From contig WELB01000017.1 of assembly GCA_009602725.1 (NCBI GenBank), forward strand, positions 1,163,925-1,215,424: a stretch of 51,500 bases of DNA. Reading direction: 5' to 3'. A model generated the notes under the pieces. That model saw nothing but the letters and a program-made list of their open reading frames with translations, had not been told where the DNA came from and did not search any database. This stretch comes from Spirogloea muscicola. Its lineage: Eukaryota. Positions 1-13,761 of the stretch are shown one piece after another (within the stretch, counting starts at the first letter, position 1; each line of letters starts with the position of its first letter). Position numbers and translations under genes: made by a program.

Positions 1-65
1 GGGGGGGGGGGGGGGTTGGGGGCAAGGGGTCCAATGGAAGCTGGAGGTGGGAGGTAAGCTCTCAC

Positions 66-3000
66 CATGCTTGAGACACCAGATGACGGAGATAACTGCC
101 GCAATAGCCCCAGCACTACCCAAGACAATAAGGACAATGTAAGCGGTGGCGAGGCCTCCGGAGCTCCTAGGCGCACTGTAAAGCTGCGCGCCTTGGACAA
201 TGCGGACATGCGAGGACGTGACAGAACCCTCTGCCAGAGGGTTGAAGAAGGACGCACTCCCAAACACCTTGCCGGGATTTGTCCTGCAATTGTCAAAGTT
301 GCATCAATTACCAAGAATCTTGCAGTCAGATTATGCGGCCTTACGATTGACCCTCCTTACTGACCAAGTCAGCACATAGTACAACCTGCAACTATTGGGC
401 CTCTTAAAATCATTGAATCTCAGCTTCAGAGATGGTCATCAAGAAACACGACTAAGTGCCACGGGTGGTCTACTGTACACAAGACCAAGCTTATGCTAGT
501 GTACCTCAGGAGCTGGGCAAAGGCGTCAATGGTGGAGAAGGAGCAAGCCTGAAGGAATGAAGTGGTGCAGTCTACAATAACGCTGCCTTCCCGGAGACTA
601 TCAACAGACACCTGTCCAGCTTGAACAATCCTTTATTTAGTAGGTCTGTGCTAATCAGATACACATGACAAATATCTCTTGAAACTCTGAGTAGGCCCCA
701 ATCAAGCAAGCCGCGCTGCCTGACAATTGCCAGCCCTTGAGCATCACTAACCTGGAGAACCCCCATGTAGCCAGCGTTGCGCACGGCTTGGGTCATCTCA
801 CGAGTGAAATTGCCCTGGAATGGAGGCCATAGCAAGGAGAAAATCAGCAGACAACCTCCTCCAGAGATCGTGCAGCTCAGCATCATGTCTTATCGTGTAG
901 CGCCAAGCTCTCTCGCATCGCATCAGCTTTCTTCAAGTTGATGACTCACCTTGAAGGAGAGAACGTAGTTGTTGTTCACCATGGTCATGAGGCTCAAATA
1001 TGCAAAGTGGATAGTGGCTTGGACAAAGAACGTGCTTGACGTGATCAAATCTCCAGGTATTGGAGACGGCGGTGGGGGCACAGGAACCGGCGCCAATCGC
1101 GGCAAATTCGGAGCTTGAGGACTTGGAGGCGGAAAGGTTGGAGGAAGTGCCGAGGTAAGTGGCGCTGGGGAGGGCGCTTGGGCAACCCAAGTGCGCTGGC
1201 ACAGCCCAGAGGGTAGGTGGCAGGACGTCCCTTGCTGGCAGCTTGAAGCATTGAATGGTGAGCAAGCAACCTGCAAATAAAAGGCACAGATTAGTGAGAC
1301 TCTCCATTATAGACATGTGTATGCATTTAGACACAAGCTCACACAGGACATCTACTGCCGTGGCTCTTGAGGCTGTCATTGCCTGCTATGTCCGGATATC
1401 TTGAATCTGGAGGCACTATGGCCAACTGCCTGCCCACACTAGTGACAGCTACTTCTCTTCACACTAGAAGGACTGCATCAGAAGTACACAATCTAGAGTG
1501 CTCTCATAGAAATTGAGGAGCTTGACCATGCTGCAGTCAAGACCAGCATATCCAGGTGAACATCGACATACTCCGCCGTCACATTGACCTGTTACCAGTA
1601 AGCATCATCTATGTCATCTGTTATAGCAAGAGTAATGTGGATGTACAGATCGAGTGAAGAGGTGGCAATATAAGATGTTGTCCTCATTGCAAGCCATAAG
1701 TGCCTAGTAGTGCCAGCAACATGGAACAGCAAATACACAATGATGGAAAATGCTAAGTAAAACGTGTGCCATAGCAACTTGCGGGCATTACTTTGGCAAA
1801 AGTCAACAAAGGGTCTACCTTGAAGAAAGCAGTCATTTGGGCAAATAGCGCCTCGGCAGATGTCAGAAGCTAACGGGCAGGGGCCAAAACGCTGCCCACT
1901 GGGAAGGGTGACAAACTTGCTGTCCTTGCACTTGATCCAAGTGCCAGCCACCTGAATGCTCAGTGATGCGATGTCAATACGAACACAAGATGAACAAGGT
2001 GGCATATCGGGTGGATGTAACTTTGACAACATAATGTTATCCAGGGGAATGACCCTGATAACTGCATCTACAACAGCAACAACCAATTGCAGCTCACAGC
2101 TTCTGATCAATATGGCAAAACGTCCTCTATAATGAATGGTAAGGGACGAGCACCCGTGAACCTGACTACTAGTGGACCTGTAGGACCTGACCTTGAGCCC
2201 TCTACGACTTTGCTAACGTCCTTACCAAGACTTGCAGGATAGGATCCTGGCCTGCTAGCCAAGAGCAGTTGGTCTTGAAGCACAGCGCAATGGGCACATC
2301 TTTGGGCCCAGCTGCTGTCAAGTTCCAGTCATTGTACCTCTGCTGGAAGCATCTGCCTCACATGACAATTGAGTGGCCATCAGAGGAGCACTTGGTAGCA
2401 CCCAAATACATGTAAGACCTCTCTTGCCTTACTTTTTGTGGTCCACGTTGCTCTTCTTGCATCGTGACCCAAGACGTGTACAGAGCAAATAATGACAGAT
2501 GGTAATAATATACATCACTAGAGCATGACATTGCCCATAGTGAGGCAGGAAGGGTACAGTGAGGCAGTAGTAACTGGAACACCTTGAGAAGAGGCCAAAG
2601 GTCTGTCCAAAAGACCTATCTTGACTGAATCGGCACTGTCGAGAAGGAATGCTGATCATCCAAAAAAAAAGCACGACGACAATGAGATGTCTGAGCAATA
2701 TCTTGTGAAAGAAACCTTTCCAGTCCACCATATGAGGAGGCCATGCATGCAAGCACACAGAATATAAGAAGGAACAACTTATTAACCTTTGCTATACTTG
2801 ATATTGCAGTATCAGCTAAATAGACTGGTAGATTTCGACTAACGTGCTCACTCTTGCTTCAGCAAGCAGCCATCTACAGCCAGAGAGTCATTGCTTCCTC
2901 CACAGGTAGTAGCAGCCAGGTAGTCAGCCGAACAATAAGTGTTCTGTCATGGTGGGGAAGATAGGAAATCACAAGTTGGGCATATGCAGCCTCTAATTCC

Positions 3001-6000
3001 AAGGCATTGATCAGGTTATAAAAATTCAGCTAGACAGCTAGACACAGAGTGAAGCTAGGTCATTGACATGATCTAAGATGAACAAGAGAGTTCCATGAGT
3101 TAAAGACTGACCCAATATTTATCCTGCATTTGCCTTGCAGCTGTGCTGTGAGCACGTTGTATGTCTGTAACACTGCAGTGATCTGTCTGCAGTGTGCTGG
3201 CAAGACCTGCAGGGTATAGTCTGATGTTAAATGTTGCATGTGGTCCACGTTTCCAAGCCTCACTGGTGACCAGCATTCAAATCAGATACAATAGAGGTTC
3301 CAGACTTTCCTGAAGCTTAGAACGAAACTCCAACCCCTGACTCAATGTTCATCTTGACTCCTCTGGCACTGTGTCTGCCAAGCTATCTGTCATATCTACC
3401 ATTTGGGTTGTTGCAGGTGGCATTGACGAAGGTGCAGCCTGAGTGGAAACCATTACTCATAAACCCAGCCATTGCGGGGTCAACATTGTACCTGGAGAGC
3501 CAGGATACAATGAAGAGATGATGAACATCAGAGACTGATTGCAGATTAACAATCTGTTAAGGACTACAACAGGCGACGGTTTTAAGTGGTGCAGATACGC
3601 ACCATCCAGTGTCCTGAAGGAGTGCTAGGGTTATATTTGAGACAACCGTAGCTCTGCCGCCCACCTGTGGAGACTGAAGGAAGCACACACAGCAAAAAGT
3701 CAGTTCTTGCAAGCAAGCAACTCGGCAAGAGGTTCAAAAGATTTTCCTACCAAGCGCGAACACGGTACTGATCCCAGTGTCTAGACTTCATGCTCCTCGT
3801 GCTTACCATGTACTCGTTCGTCATGATACTTGGATCCCAGTGACTTTTACTCCCGTCAATACCACTTCCAGGGGCTAGGCCTGCCCCCATCAAAGAAGAG
3901 CAGCCAAACTGCTCCCTAGCAGCTGCTACGACCTGTTAAAGAAGGCCAGAATTAAGAGTGCATCAGCCACAACCAATGTGCAGGACCATAGAAGTAAGGC
4001 ACAACCAGTAAGCAGTGCAACTGCTAGTCCTGGAGTTCCGTTTAGACGCCCATAAGAATTAGGTGTGAACATGTGATTGACTACCAACCGAAGATCAAGG
4101 ACTTGCAAGCTACACGTTTTCAATTCAGTAGCAGCTTCTGTTGGGGCAGAAATTCAGCCTTACGTGAGGAGTAACGATAACAGAACTGTTGCTCCCATGC
4201 ACTTCGGACTGAAGAACCACCTCACTGTAGGGCTTCCCTGAGAAGGAAGCTACCAAGATCAAGTGTGAGAAGCTGCTTATGGACTTGGCTTGTCAGGTCC
4301 TCAATGGTCACAGCCCAGACGGGAAGCACGGTGCTCCACGACAGTATTCAGGTTCGATTGTGGCATTTGAATATTCTTATGTCAAAAGCTCCACTGCTCT
4401 GTCCTTTGTGCGTCTCTCTGATGCTTGAGTAGCTGCATACGCACCTTGAATGTCACGAAAGTATTTGTAGAGAGGGGCGCTGAAGCCCAAGGCATGCGTG
4501 AGCTCATGGAGGACCACAGCAAGCTGTCCAAGCAAGAATGATTGAGAGGTCAATGTACAAGTAGGAGATCAAAGAAATTTAGTGAGAAACAATGAAAGCT
4601 TGTTGAAGTGCTGCAGCACCTCTATGAACCAAGGCCTGACCACAGCAAAGCAAGGCACTTTTGAAGTGGAAGTCAGTTGCTACCATCAGATCATGCTGCC
4701 TAGGATCTGAAGTCCATGTTGAGGTGATGTTGGCTGGGCAAAAGTTGAGATAGCCGGCAAGTGGTCGGTGCGAAAGTGAATCGAGGGCACAATAAGAGGC
4801 ATGTGCCAGGGCTCCACCATTGCACACACTTGACACCTGGCGAAGCATAAGAGCTGCACATTAGCACTGACTGGATGTACAAGAATTGGACATAGAGAGT
4901 ATGGCGTGTTGTAGGCAAGTAGCACTCCTCCTGCAAATCAACAACATGCTTCTCCTCATGTCATGACGATTTGCCATTTCTCAGTTTCGCAGGAGTTGTG
5001 CTACCTTTGAAGTAACATAGAGGACAAAGTCTGTGCCTTGGTAACCAGACCCAGCAGGAACAGCTTGGCAGCTCTCATTGGTTCCAGAAGGGCACACTGT
5101 ATACGCATCCAGAAGATTTGGACTGAATCTGAGCTGAAGGCTCCTCTGCAGCCACAACAGCCACAACAATAGTTCATCATCATGCTCTATGTGATTCTTT
5201 AGCAGTGCTGCTCAACAAATTCACAGCCTGTCACCGAAATGCCTGCCATGGCCATCAGCCCCTGCATACACTATGCTTGCTACAATTCCCAGAAAGTACA
5301 CAGATAGGGCCGGGAGCCATTGTCATTGTACACTGAGTCAAGGTGAGACATGAGAGCCTACTTTCACGTGGATGACACTGACTTAACCTTGATCTCAAGG
5401 AGAGGTGTAATTCTAATGAGCTCACTCACATCACAGGTCGAAGAAATGCGAGTGCAGAGCCTGGTTCGCTTTGCAAACTTAGCACACACGGGAGGCAGTC
5501 TAAGTGGCCTTGCAATTGGCTCCTTGACTTGGAGAAGCCTTCCCAAGAAACTGCGAATCAAAGCCAGCCAATTGCTTGTCAGTCCAGATATGACACTTCA
5601 GATAAATTTTCTGACAAATGCCAAAAACACAACAACAAAGAGAGTAAGCAACATAGACCAACCTGTTAATGGTGGTGATGGTTCCTGTTATCTTGCTTAC
5701 TTCTTACTGACAAGGTTGCGACTTGCTTGACATGACATACTGGACGTCACCATACATACAAAGGACAGGGAAATATATGTCAATGGTCGAAAGTCGAGCC
5801 TGCATAAGCCACATCACCTGAAGGCTTGTGGGAGAAGATCGTCCAAGAGGAATGACAGCAACTGAGTCTCCCCTGCCAAATCCTCAAGAATAACAGGGAT
5901 CTGCACGCACTTGTACGTCAGCTTCCACATGTATCCATAGACAACTTACTTGGCAGCCTTTGTGTTACTCTGGCATGCGACTTCACAAGCTAGTCAGGAG

Positions 6001-7091
6001 ATAAGTTTGCAGATGGAGTACCCACTCTCACATGCTATTTCTATTAGCTGCTTATTGTGAAGCCAAGGCAAATTGCAGCAGCAAACCACTCTCGTACTGC
6101 TGTACAAGAAGGGAGTCATTGAATGGAGAAAGCTCTGCTGCAAGGTGAGGAATGGAGTGAAACACACAGGAGTGATGCGGATTGGTGCTAGGTTGGATAT
6201 AGGCGGTATAGTGAGCTCGTCCGAGTGCCGCCGATGGTGGTTCTTCGTGTTGTCATGATTGATCCCAAACCTGTACCAGCAAAGTCCTCAAAGTTCAATA
6301 CAGAGCTATCCGCAGCCACACTCAAACAGGGGCTAGTAGGTGTTGACAGCTTCCATATGAGTATAAGTCTTGCGTGTCAATTGAAGTCACTTGAATGCAC
6401 AAAGCTGCTGACTGAAGCCTGAGCCTGACATTACTCTCTGAGTCTAATGCAAGAAGCCAATGACAACAAACAGCAGGCTTCCTGCGCCACCACACTCTTG
6501 CTTTCCTCTACCGGCCACATTGCCTGAGCTCATCTCAGTTGCCATCTCCCTCTCTCAGCAATGGGACCTCTGAACAATGCATTGGCTTCAATCGACCACG
6601 CTTACGCTTCATGCGCACCGCGGGCCTTCTCTCCCTTAGCAGGTGATGCACCCAAGCCTCCCATCATGGACGTGGAGCAAGAGTGTTAAGGCCTCAGCTA
6701 AGAGGCATGCAGGGCTTGAGCATACCCGTTGGCAAGAGAGCTCTCTCGCAGCTGGAGAAAGTCCTCTGCCACGGAGATCACGTGCTCGTCATGCCCGCAG
6801 ATATGACGGTCAGCTTCAACTGTTCGCAGAGTGGGCCAGGAAACCACATCACCTATCAGCGGCCATTGGCAGAACTTGCGCCTACAACCATAGCTGCCGC
6901 ACTGAGCCAGTATGTTCTGGTCTGGCTTAGCTGCCCACAGAAGGAACAGGGGCCACCTGCAGCCCTCAGTCCATAGGCGCCAACCTCGTTGGACTGGACA
7001 GGCTATCCCTGACGTGCACAGAATCCGGCCCTTACAACCCACCGCAAGCTATGCCGAAGACTAACACGGCCGCCAAGCAGGTCAGCCGCAT
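66..7091 (-). CDS. Leishmanolysin-like (peptidase M8/GP63) zinc metalloprotease with EGF-like, Pro-rich, SEA-like and C-terminal TM segments; multi-exon, 3' end runs off the window
   Basis: Minus-strand exons translate to M8 hallmarks: PIRITP (~6170), GGALAHASYCALDSLSHRPLAGYLNFCP (~4735-4820), VVLHELTHALGFS (HExxH at 4494-4508), AAAREQFGC...SHWDPSIMTNEYM (~3805-3930), SQITLALLQDTGW, GQTFGLFSRC, CPNDC/CDGGVCRCSPGYAGLDC (EGF), and TM AYIVLIVLGSAGAIAAVISVIW (~80-150). A candidate signal-peptide exon MRLTCLAAVLVFGIAC starts at ATG 7091 (start tentative). Confidence 0.85.
6585..6790. repeat. Low-copy dispersed repeat, copy 1 (inside the M8 first intron)
   Basis: The core TGGCTT...TTCATGCGCACCG(C/T)G(G/C)GCCTTCT recurs at ~34415-34470 and ~44588-44640. 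GCCACGGAGATC is shared at ~6768 and ~44802. Confidence 0.55.
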
Positions 7092-7675
7092 GAGGCCGCC
7101 GCCAGCTGCCGGAGCTCAGCGGGCGGCAGGCGACGGCGGCGACAGCAGCGGCGGGGTGGTAGCTGCGGTCGGCCTGGCAGGCCGCAGCTTCTCCACAGCG
7201 TGCACCCAGTGCTTCCGGCGGCGCTTGCTGGCTAATGGCAGCGAAAGCTCGTCTCCGACGTCGCCACGCAGCTGCGCAGGAGCAAGCCGCAGGCGAGTGC
7301 TGCTGGCTGGCCCGCCGCTATGGACGTGGACCGAGCCGGCTGGCGGCCTCAGAGCCACGGCGTCCGCCCGCGAGGGCCTCGACGCGCCGTTGGCCAGCGC
7401 CGGGCCTGATGCGGCGTCGCGCGCCGCGACGTCGGCGCCGCGAGAGCCGCCGCCGCCAGAGCCGCCGCCGCCGCCGCCGCCGCCGCCGCTGGCCAGGCCG
7501 GACTTTGCGCTAGTACCCGCCGGCACCGAGGAGGTGGGCACTCTCGACCAGTGAGCGCACGCCACGCGGCTTGACCGACGGCGACAGAACGGGGACGACG
7601 GTCGACGCTGCGCAATCGTTGCCCGTTACTTGCCCGTTATCGTCGTTATTGGTCGCACTGCTCAAGGCTGATCAT

Positions 7676-9152
7676 GGCAGAGATGCGCAGACAAGCGGAT
7701 CACCCTGCCGGTTACGAGTTAGCGTGGGCGATGGCGATGGACGTGCACGGGGCGTTCGGCAGTCGGTGGCTTGACCTCCTGCAGTTATCGCCCTCAAAAC
7801 TTTCTCTCCTGCAGCGAAATTTATCTCATTATCTGGGCGACCGGGAAAGATGCGCAGACAAGCGGACCACCCTGCCGGTCGTGATTTAGCGTGGGCGATG
7901 GCGATGGACGTGCACGGGGCGTTCGGCAGTCGGTGGCTTGACCTCCTGCAGGCATCGCCCTCACTGGAAGAGACTTATTCGCCCTCACTGGAAGAGACTT
8001 ATTCTCCTGCAGCGAACTTTCCTCATTCTGGGCTGGCCAATCGAAAGTGGCTCTCCCAGGGCTGTGACAAGAAGCGCGGCCAGATTGACTTATGGCTGGG
8101 AAAGGCCAGCCCAAAGGAATGGACAAGGTCTGAGGGAGCCTGAGTGTGAACAGTCAGTGGCTCTCCCAGGGTTGTGAACGGCCAGCCCAACTTCACAAGG
8201 TTAGAAGGGCCAATAAGCGCTTTCCCAAGCTTCCCGGTAGGATGCTTATTAGTGACCTCTAGTGAGGAGCCGCAAAGCAGAAGGATTAGCAGCCGGAAAG
8301 CAATCCCCTGACGAAAGCCAGAGGCCGCAGGTGAAGCACGGCCAGCACGCAGATGCTAGGCGTGGGCCATGGACAGCTGGAGTGATATGGACAGGCGCAT
8401 GCTGAACACCTGCGCTAGCCTATCGAGAAGCGCGGCCAGATTGACTGGTGGCTGGGAAAGGCCAGCCCAAAGGAATGGACAAGGTCTGAGGGAGCCTGTG
8501 TGCGCCTGAGTGCCTATCACAGTCATCGCGCTCTCCTGAGAAAGTCTTTCTTCCTGCAGCGGCTTGCACGGCGGGCCATTGACGTCGGCAGGGACAAGAA
8601 GGTGAGCTGCCCGGATTTAATGCCGCGGGTTGCTTGCCCAGGTGTTCTGCATGCGGCTGTTCATTCGTTTTTTGGGCTGGCTTTCCAGCTCCTATTCTCA
8701 ATGGGCGAGCACTTTCTCTCCAATATTCCCAGGCTCCCGCAGCACACTTGCTGGCATGCCGCGCTTTGGCTACTTCTGGGTCTCGTCGGGGTGCCTCTTT
8801 TCCAGCTGCAGATTACTCTGACTTGCGGCTGCTGACTCGGGGTTGCTAAACTCCCATTTACTGTAGCCGTTTTGCATAGCTGTGTCCTGCGGTCTTGGCC
8901 CCTTTCAGCCCATTGGAGCTTTGTCCTTCTTCCATTCTTTCTGGGCTGGATTTTCACAGCCCCCTTTGGAAGAGCTCACTCGTCTTATGGAGCTCACTTA
9001 GCGCTCAGAACTAACAGCTTCACTATCACTCAGTTGAGGCTCAGGCGATGGAGAAGCGACTCTCCTCGAGGCAGTCTACGCTCTGTCTGAAGAAAGGGCT
9101 CGCGCCTTGAGGATAGGGGCTAGAAAAGCCAGCCCATAAAAGAATGAACAAA
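7676..9152. mobile_element. Cluster of degenerate CRE-like family B retrotransposon fragments and 3' tails in mixed orientation, with local duplications
   Basis: Two ~110-bp copies (~7676-7785, ~7848-7955) encode ADHP...AMDVHGAFGSRWLDLLQ, homologous to ADHP...AIDIHGALGARWLELL at 16.5 kb. DLRLLTRGC-stop at ~8820-8850. Tail hairpins at ~8094, 8450, 8673, 8943 and 9117. 8071-8140 is duplicated at 8426-8498. Confidence 0.75.
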
Positions 9153-9607
9153 TTCCGAGCCTTCCTGCCTATGGTGGTGATTGTAGCAGACTCTAAGGAA
9201 GCAGGCCGACCCAACTCAAAGAAGGGGCGTGGGTGCTGGCAGACAAGCAAGCAAGGAGATGTGGGTGAAAGGAGCTCGGTGGCCCCTGTGGGTAGTGAGT
9301 GGGCACAGGCCCACTGACCTCCTTTTCCACATTGACACCAGAAATAAATCATGCGCAGAATGATGGTGGCCTCGGTGGAATGCTCTTTTTCCTGTTTATT
9401 GTGAATGGGCACAGGCCCACTTCGTAAAAAGTGGCTCTCCAAAGGGGGGTGAATGATAGATAAAATGAAATCATACACAGTGGTTGATGGCCTTGGGGGT
9501 GAGTATATGCCGAAGGGGCTGACTCGAAGGAGGGCCGGCCCAAAAGACGTCCTTTTGTCTTCTTATTTGTGCCAGTCCCCCCAGAAGCGACAAGAGCCCC
9601 TCTTATC

Positions 9608-10515
9608 CACACCTGGTGCCACGGATTGGATCACCTCTCACGCCGTCCCCAACGCCTTCAGCATCAGCTCCGAGGCCTTCCGGACGTCGCTTCAACTCTT
9701 CCTCGGCCTCCCACCTAACTGCCTGATTGGGGTGCGCCAGTGCGAGTGCGGCTTCCGTGCAGAGGGTTCTGAGCTCGCCACTCACATGCTGAGATGCCCC
9801 ACTGGATCAGAAGTGGTGGGCATCCACAACCTCCTCCGCAATGCCCTGGCGGGCTTGCTGCGCGACATCGGCTATTGTGCGTTCGTGGAAGTCAATGAAG
9901 TCACCTGCCTATCACCACGGACGCCCAGGGACGTCATCATCGTCGCACACTTGACATTGTGGGCGTGCAACCTGGTGGAGAACCACGGGCCCTGGTCGAC
10001 GTTGTTGTTACGGAGGCATACAAAGGTCCAGCATCGACACACATCGCTGGTCACGCAGTGGGCGGTGCAGAACAAAGAAAGATGCAGCACTACTCCGATT
10101 ACCCCCAATGCGAACAGCTCCTGCCAGCCGCAATCGACATCTTTGGCTGTCTGAGTCCTCGTTCCCTCACCCTCCCTCAAAATATTTCCAATCGCGGCTA
10201 CACACGTCGTGCAGATCTGTTTCCGTCTGAGATGGGCTTGCCAGCTACATATCTGTCTTTCTTGGGACGGCGAGTTACGGCCTGTTTGCAGCGTGCTCAG
10301 GCTTAATGCCTTGCACCAGAAAGCTGGACGAGCTCTAGTTCGTGTTAGAAGGGCTTCATATCTGACGCCTAGTATTCGGGCATCGATCATCGACCTTTAT
10401 GTTTTGACCCGTGGTTACTGAGCGGGTCAATGTGCTGTAGGTTATGTAGTTCTTTAGATGTGCTTGCCTTTGTACTTGGCCATTTGGCCTTCGTTTGTTT
10501 CAAATACACGAATTT
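9608..10515 (+). mobile_element. 5'-truncated, frameshifted copy of CRE-like family A (CCHC, RLE and 3' UTR)
   Basis: Translation TPGATDWITS...CECG...HMLRC...IHNLLR...DLYVLTRGY closely matches the C-terminus of the 35354-39154 ORF. It has frameshifts and an in-frame stop, and the same 3' UTR ending AATACACG. Confidence 0.93.
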
Positions 10516-10976
10516 TCTTAAGAGCGACGTTTGAAGAGTACCAAAGCTGGTAAGCAGGAGAAAACGCAGTTCTATCAATCAAAGTCGATCAGGAAAACCG
10601 GTGGGGTCGCCCGCGTCGCCAACCGTCGCCCACCTGTCGCAAAACCACCTGCCCGCGAGCTCGCAGGTTCGAACCCTCCGCGCAGCAAAGCCGGAGCGCC
10701 TACGATCCCTCAAGCCCTAGACCCCCCATAGCTGCGCTGGCTGCGTTCACCGCCAGGGCCGCCGCGGGCGCGGCCGCCCCATGCTGCGCCGCCTCGCGCC
10801 GCTGCTGCCGCCGCCGGCCCTTGCGNGCCCGCCGTCCCGCCGTGCCGCCGCCGCCTGCCTTGCGGCGGCCCATAGACCATGCCGCTGCCGCGAGGCAGTC
10901 GTCGGCGCAGCGGCCGCTTGGGGCGCGCGAGCTGACGGCCGTTGCGGCCCTCGGCGACCCGCCGCGCCACCGCGCC

Positions 10977-13242
10977 ATGGCCGCCATGGCACGGTGGTCC
11001 TCCGTCCTTCCTACCGTCTCACAATCAGCCGCCGGCGAGGTTGCTAGCAGCAGCGCCGCATCCGGCGCCAATTTTTTCTCAGAGCATGCGAGGCGGAGGC
11101 GTCTTCTCACGATCGGTAAGCCCGCTCCTTCAAGCACAAGCCCGTTCTGCTAGAGGCTCCATAGCTTAGCTCACTGCGGCGCCCACTGAGCAAGTGCCCA
11201 GCATTACATACTCCTTTACAGGAGATCAACAGTCTGCACACGACTTCATAATCTGACCCAGCATGCAGACCATTGCGGGCTCACGCTTAGTTTAAACCGT
11301 GATGGCAGCTGCGGACGCTGCTGGTACGAGGAAGGCGGCAGTGCCTGTGCCGCTCACATTGACAGGGGCCGGGAAGGCCACAGACGGCGCTCCCTGCACA
11401 GGAGGCAAGGCGAGGAGGCCATCTAGCAGCCTGGCAGACTGCGAGCAGGCCATGGACAGGGGGGAGGATGATAACTGTGACGCGGACAGCCCAAGGAGCT
11501 CCGCCTCTGGCGAGACTAGGCTGGACACTGGCGAAGAGCAGCTGGAGCTGGACCTGGTGCTCCTAGCGGGGGCCGAGGTCGGGCCACTCCCGCCGGCAGC
11601 TGCAGCCGACGATGTCAGCCTGCTGCTCGGCGTTGATCCGGATGTGAGTGGAGCCTTGGCCGTCCTCCGGCGTCATGGGTCTGAGCTACTCGCAGAGGTG
11701 AGCTTTTTAGATTGAAGCGAATTTGTTAAACTTTTGTTCTGTCAAGTCAAAGGATAGGATATGGTGCCTCACTTAGCTACTCAGAGACCAGAGAGTATGG
11801 TTTATCTGGGCTAGGATGCAAGCACAGCTGTCAGACAGCTATCAAGAAGATACTCCTTAGTTCACACTCCCTTGGCTTTCACAAGCTCTCAGTCTTAGGA
11901 GTGTGCACTGCCGTGCCTCACCGGGGGTCCTAGGGTGGCCACCTGGCGCCAGCTGTACAATGAGAAGTATCTAGTTGGCTTTGGACGTGACTAGAGAGGT
12001 CTTGTGGTTAGGCACCCCTCCTCCTGTAGCCAGATGCCTCTCTCAAGCTGATTCTGTGTCTACTGTTGATCTACCGGTGTTTACAGCACAGGTGATGGAC
12101 GTTCCGTTTGTCAAGGTGAAAGTAGGACAAACCATGAGAAGAAGGCACGATGCTCCCTCCATCGTTGCCATGCTGCAGCAACTCAACGCGCCTCAAGGTA
12201 GCGGCATCGAGTTGGATTGACCAGCTGCAGCTTGTGAGGGCTCCAATGTCTACAGTACTTGGTTCTAAGGGACTGTAGGGCTGCTGACACGAGTATCACA
12301 GGTCCTGTTGCAGTTGTTGCACTTGCTCACTATTGGTGCGTCTCTGCCAGGTACACTAGCATATGTGGAGCAGGGACTGCCATTTCCAAAGGACGGAAAA
12401 CAAGTATGGTCTTTCCTCCTCTTCTTCTCTCCAAGTTCAAGATTTAAATAAGAAATAAGCAGGCTCCCATTGTCGTCCAACTCTTTCTGATGCTTGGTGA
12501 AGTCATGCTGATGGACAAGCATATTTCTGATGTGCAAGGCAGGGATGGTATGGAGCTGGATATGGATATGGCATGTGGATTGGCTGCTTGACGGCTGCTG
12601 GTTTCAAGGTCGTACCCGTGCCTGCGAGTGTGTGGAAGAAGACCATGGGCATAGCGGGCCGACAGTTCACAAAGGTATTAGACTGCCGATTGTGAGTATT
12701 GCAAGAATGTCCTAGTGTGACTGTACTGCTTCATGGCCTAGTAACATTTCCGCCCTCCAGTACAGGCAGGCCACTGGGGAGGTTACTTCACCCTGCATAT
12801 CGTATAGGAGGAACCTGAGGAGACGATTGTAATTGCGCTGTATGTGACAGGATGACAGCAGACTGATGGCCGGCTCCTTGTTCCCAACCATAGCTGCACA
12901 GCTTAAGCGGAAGAAAGACCATGGTATGATGAATTTCTGAAAGGCATTACAAGCAAGCATTTCAGATTTGCTTTGAAGAACCTAAGTGGCCTCTGGCTGT
13001 AACTCTGTTGCGACCAGAAGTCATAGACGTCCTTTCTCCAGCACCTGCACGTTCTTGAAAGCAAAGGAGCTCTGGCAGCTGACAGTAATGATGTTCTTGA
13101 TGCAGGAAGGGCAGAAGCCTTGCTCATTGCAGCCTTCGGTCGCGGTGTAAGACCAGCTAGCCCTGAACCCACAGACCACATTGTTGCAGTAACTGCCACA
13201 GAAAGCTCACCGCTTGCTTCGAGTGGTTTGCTCAATGGCTGA
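10977..13242 (+). CDS. MOC1: Chloroplast Holliday-junction resolvase MOC1 (RuvC family), multi-exon
   Basis: Exons give LLGVDPDVSGALAVL, QVMDVPFVKVKVG..RRRHDA, AYVEQGLPFPKDGKQ, GWYGAGYGYGMWIG..VWKK, DDSR..LFP..LKRKKDHG and RAEALLIA, with GT-AG junctions and TGA at 13240-13242. The start (10977 or 11302) is uncertain. Confidence 0.92.
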
Positions 13243-13761
13243 TGACAGCCTGTTAGCCTTAATCGGCTCAATGCACGTAAATAGGCGTGCTGAGAGCCAT
13301 TGTCCGATGGCAACAAGAAAGCCCCTTGCCTATTTTCCAGCTGACAAGTCTCAGAGACTGCAATGTTGTCAAAAGGAGGCAAGACTCAAATGCAGGTGCA
13401 GGACAACAGTTTCTGCACCCAACACCCTGGCCAGGTTGCCCGTTTTGACCTCGATGGGCGTTATGGAAACAACTGGCCAATCAATGGTCCAAGCATGGAA
13501 CCAATTCAGCCAGCTTCATGAGACCACAGAAGGAGAAGAATAAGGACTAGGAAGTGTTGTGAGCTCGGAAACGTGGCTCCATCCGGACTACTCTCTGCAA
13601 ACTGCATAGATGTGTTCGCAGTGCAGGTGCCACCTCTGCCATATGGAAACTACTCTTACTGCACTGCGATGTAAGTTCAGCTTCACAAGGCATGGGGGAT
13701 GGCCGAGATGCACAAGCCGCCTGTGTACTGCCGCCAGAGAAGAGTAGCAGCTCACCCCACC

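Noticed and set aside
1385..1475. Four in-frame TAGs on the minus strand suggesting TAG=Gln recoding
   Set aside because: The flanking exons splice in phase around it, so it is intronic. Other genes end in TAA/TAG and show no internal TAR in conserved blocks.
7116..7565. Gly-rich minus-strand ORF upstream of the M8 gene
   Set aside because: No ATG start, GC-rich low complexity and no recognisable domain.
8230..8340. CTGACGA plus hairpins, hammerhead-like
   Set aside because: No correctly placed stem II-GAAA and stem III could be fitted.
7676..8500. Repeated blocks resembling a CRISPR-like array
   Set aside because: Spacing is irregular, the units are retroelement fragments, the context is eukaryotic, and there are no cas genes.
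10663..10680. GGTTCGAACCC B-box/T-loop-like motif
   Set aside because: No cloverleaf or A-box is visible, so it is not called a tRNA.
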